The notes under the pieces were generated by a model. That model searched no databases, was not told where the DNA came from, and saw nothing but the letters and a program-made list of their open reading frames with translations. DNA of 64,000 nucleotides, from sequence record OQ718158.1. One strand, 5' to 3'. Numbering within the stretch: position 1 is the first letter of the stretch; each line of letters opens with the position of its first letter. Shown here piece by piece: positions 61,555 to 64,000 of the stretch. A program made the translations under genes and the position numbers.

Positions 61555-64000
61555 TTGACATGCCTCTAATCTACGTGCCATTAATTCAGCACGGCGTGTA
61601 GTTTGACGATACCAAGCTGAATTTCGAATTTGAGCAGCAGCTTGCTTGTAGTTACCTTTAGCCATTTCAGATAGCATTGACTTAAATTTCATTACACCAC
61701 CTTTACCCATCTGGAATACCATTTGACATAGAACTTGTTGTGCCATGTAAGGTGTTTTCATCTTATAAGAAGCGTAAATGGATTTTGCGTCATATATAGC
61801 CTTACTACTATCACGCACCAACATATCATTGGCTTCCTGTTCGGTAATCCCACCAGAGAAGTTTTCACCACCAACAATCAAGTGACCGTAACCAATAGTT
61901 GGGAATCCACGACTATCCAAATATCTCCAAAATTTGCCATTACGGTAATATCCTTTAGCTTGTTGATACGCCATTGTTCCTTCATATTCTTTCAATTCAG
62001 AAATAAATTGTGAATCACCCGGAACAACTTTCCAATCAATTGCAGTCTTATCAACATTACCCACATTGTATGATTCTTGTGCAGTAGGTACTGGAGTACC
62101 ACCTGAACGTTGTGTTCTTCTACGACGAGGGACATGACGAGAACCACGTTGAGAATACCCAGTACCGATAGTTTTAATTTTAGTTGTTACAACTAATTCA
62201 TCACTATCAACAGAAGGTTGAACAACAGCTTTCGGTGCTGCTTGGTTCGTTGCTTGTCCTGCAATTAATGTTTTATTTCCCGCTTCAGAACCTGTACCAG
62301 TCTGGGATGCATAGAATAATCCAGGGTCAACTGAACCACTAAATCCTAGTACGTTGGCAGAGGTAACTCTTATTTCAAATTGAATAACACCATTAGCTTT
62401 ACCGATAACTTGACCTTTTTGAACAACGTCTTTATTGAGCAAATCTGATTGAATATTATAAAATACAGATTTATATCCAGACTTATGTTGAACCAATAAA
62501 GCACCATTAGTGATAACAACTACACCGCCATCTGGAGCTACAACATCACCCTTGCACTGTATTTCCCAGCCACTTCTATCAGCTTTACCACCACCACTAG
62601 TCGGGACACCTTTCCCCCAATAACCGTATTGGCGAATGGTTCCACTACACGGCATGAACATATGAAGACCTTCATATGTAATGCTATAACCAGTCATACC
62701 AGGATCAGAAGTCATTAAATCTTGTGTTTGAACTTGTTCTGTTTCTGTTGTATAATTTACATATTGAATTGCTTCAGTGTCCTGTACTGGAGCTAAAGTT
62801 GGAGCTACATCATTAGCAGGTTCAGGTTGAACTGGGGATTCACTATTCCCACTACCACCACCTTGACGTGGAGGTTCAACAGTACTGCCGTGATTCTCAG
62901 CATCAACCCAAGCCGATATATCATGTATATGATCATTCAAGCCAGCAGATGGGGTGCGGAAGTTTGGTGCATTAAATTCAGCAGTACCACTATTACCACC
63001 ACTGTTAACAGTAAGAGTTTGACCACCACCACTAATAATAGCTGATGAAGAACCAATAAGATTAGCACTGGTAGCAGCAGAGATTGACGCATTAGAACCA
63101 GCAGTTATATCAGTACTGCTACCACTTTGCATACGTAATGAAGCTGCTGTTACTAAACGTAAATCTGCTCCAGCGTTAATAACAACCTGACCACCAACTT
63201 TAGCATCCAATGCACCAACCAAATCTAGTTTAGTGTTTGCACCAACACGAGCATTGAAGTCTGCTCCACTTTCAATATTATATGAGCGTCCAGCAACCAT
63301 GTTAATATCTTGACCTGCACGAATGTTAATATTCTTATCACAGTGCATTTCAATATCACCTTCACCAGTGAATTTAATACGTGCAGTACCATCACGGTTA
63401 ATTAAAAGAACATCACCAGAGGCTTCAGATAACAACAACTGTGCACCACTACGTGTTTTAATTACAACGCCTTCATTTTTACGAGAACCAACACGAGTAT
63501 CGTTCACTGGGTTATTGAATTGGGTATCCTGATAACCATCTGGATCTTGATCCCAAGTAGGTGCTGTTAATTCTTCTTCTGTGTAACCATCATCAATAAT
63601 AAAACTGTTACCACGAGGTGAGGAAAGACCATAAACAGTACTGGTGGTCTGGCGAGTACTACTACGGTTAGCAACACCCGCTTCCTCATCATAAAGTAAG
63701 TTTTGTTTTTTCAGACCTGCAATAATTGGAACGTTTGCATATTTGTCTTGAGTACTGGTAGAAATTGTATTACGGTCATAATCAGTTACGGGTAATGGCA
63801 TATCAGTACCTGCATAATTGCTTATTTCAGTAGCCATCCCAGGAACCATCGTATTCATACGTTGGTCATAAACACAACCAATCCAATACGCTTGGAATGT
63901 TCTTGCTTGTGCAAATATAACAACAACAGTACATCCGACATCAGGTGGAACCGCCCAAAAACCATATCCCTTTGGATATTGACCATAAGCATCAGCACTT
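61552..64000 (-). CDS. gp5: baseplate hub/central spike gp5-like with degenerate M23 domain and C-terminal lysozyme (5' end outside window)
   Basis: Frame stays open from 63858 to the window edge (YGFWAVPPDVG OB-fold motif); IKTRSGAQLLL; beta-helix repeats; EYEG...LDSRGFPTIGYGHL. Confidence 0.88.
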   Translation of the reverse strand, partial: SADAYGQYPKGYGFWAVPPDVGCTVVVIFAQARTFQAYWIGCVYDQRMNTMVPGMATEISNYAGTDMPLPVTDYDRNTISTSTQDKYANVPIIAGLKKQNLLYDEEAGVANRSSTRQTTSTVYGLSSPRGNSFIIDDGYTEEELTAPTWDQDPDGYQDTQFNNPVNDTRVGSRKNEGVVIKTRSGAQLLLSEASGDVLLINRDGTARIKFTGEGDIEMHCDKNINIRAGQDINMVAGRSYNIESGADFNARVGANTKLDLVGALDAKVGGQVVINAGADLRLVTAASLRMQSGSSTDITAGSNASISAATSANLIGSSSAIISGGGQTLTVNSGGNSGTAEFNAPNFRTPSAGLNDHIHDISAWVDAENHGSTVEPPRQGGGSGNSESPVQPEPANDVAPTLAPVQDTEAIQYVNYTTETEQVQTQDLMTSDPGMTGYSITYEGLHMFMPCSGTIRQYGYWGKGVPTSGGGKADRSGWEIQCKGDVVAPDGGVVVITNGALLVQHKSGYKSVFYNIQSDLLNKDVVQKGQVIGKANGVIQFEIRVTSANVLGFSGSVDPGLFYASQTGTGSEAGNKTLIAGQATNQAAPKAVVQPSVDSDELVVTTKIKTIGTGYSQRGSRHVPRRRRTQRSGGTPVPTAQESYNVGNVDKTAIDWKVVPGDSQFISELKEYEGTMAYQQAKGYYRNGKFWRYLDSRGFPTIGYGHLIVGGENFSGGITEQEANDMLVRDSSKAIYDAKSIYASYKMKTPYMAQQVLCQMVFQMGKGGVMKFKSMLSEMAKGNYKQAAAQIRNSAWYRQTTRRAELMARRLEACQ

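Overview
This 64 kb is the virion-morphogenesis region of a large T4-superfamily myophage. Gene content and order best fit the enterobacterial jumbo phages of the RaK2/GAP32/CBB/PBECO4 type; that placement is inferred from memory, not from a search. Structural genes recognisable from motifs are gp13, gp18 sheath, two gp19-like tubes plus a third tube-fold gene, gp4, gp14, gp15, gp6, gp25, gp5 and a 3.3 kaa baseplate protein. There are also two paralogous giant beta-repeat fibres, a WcaM-like colanic-acid depolymerase spike and a collagen-like fibre. Interspersed non-structural genes encode a dNMP kinase, thymidylate synthase, a macrodomain, a Nudix hydrolase, a SLOG protein, a degenerate Pth2 fold, a MoxR + vWA/metallopeptidase pair and ClpA. 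Late genes are preceded by TAAATA; several non-structural genes sit behind strong sigma70-type promoters. I found no tRNA, CRISPR array, integrase, intron or intein. Three things stand out. (1) The palindrome AGTACT occurs about 130 times by hand count, roughly 6x the composition-based expectation, in all reading frames and in intergenic DNA. (2) A 14-bp deletion that splits one fibre gene appears, by comparison with its paralog, to start exactly at the centre of an AGT^ACT site. (3) Four genes are broken by net +1 frameshifts, which may be real or sequencing errors. All family calls are from motif recognition by eye, and all counts are manual.
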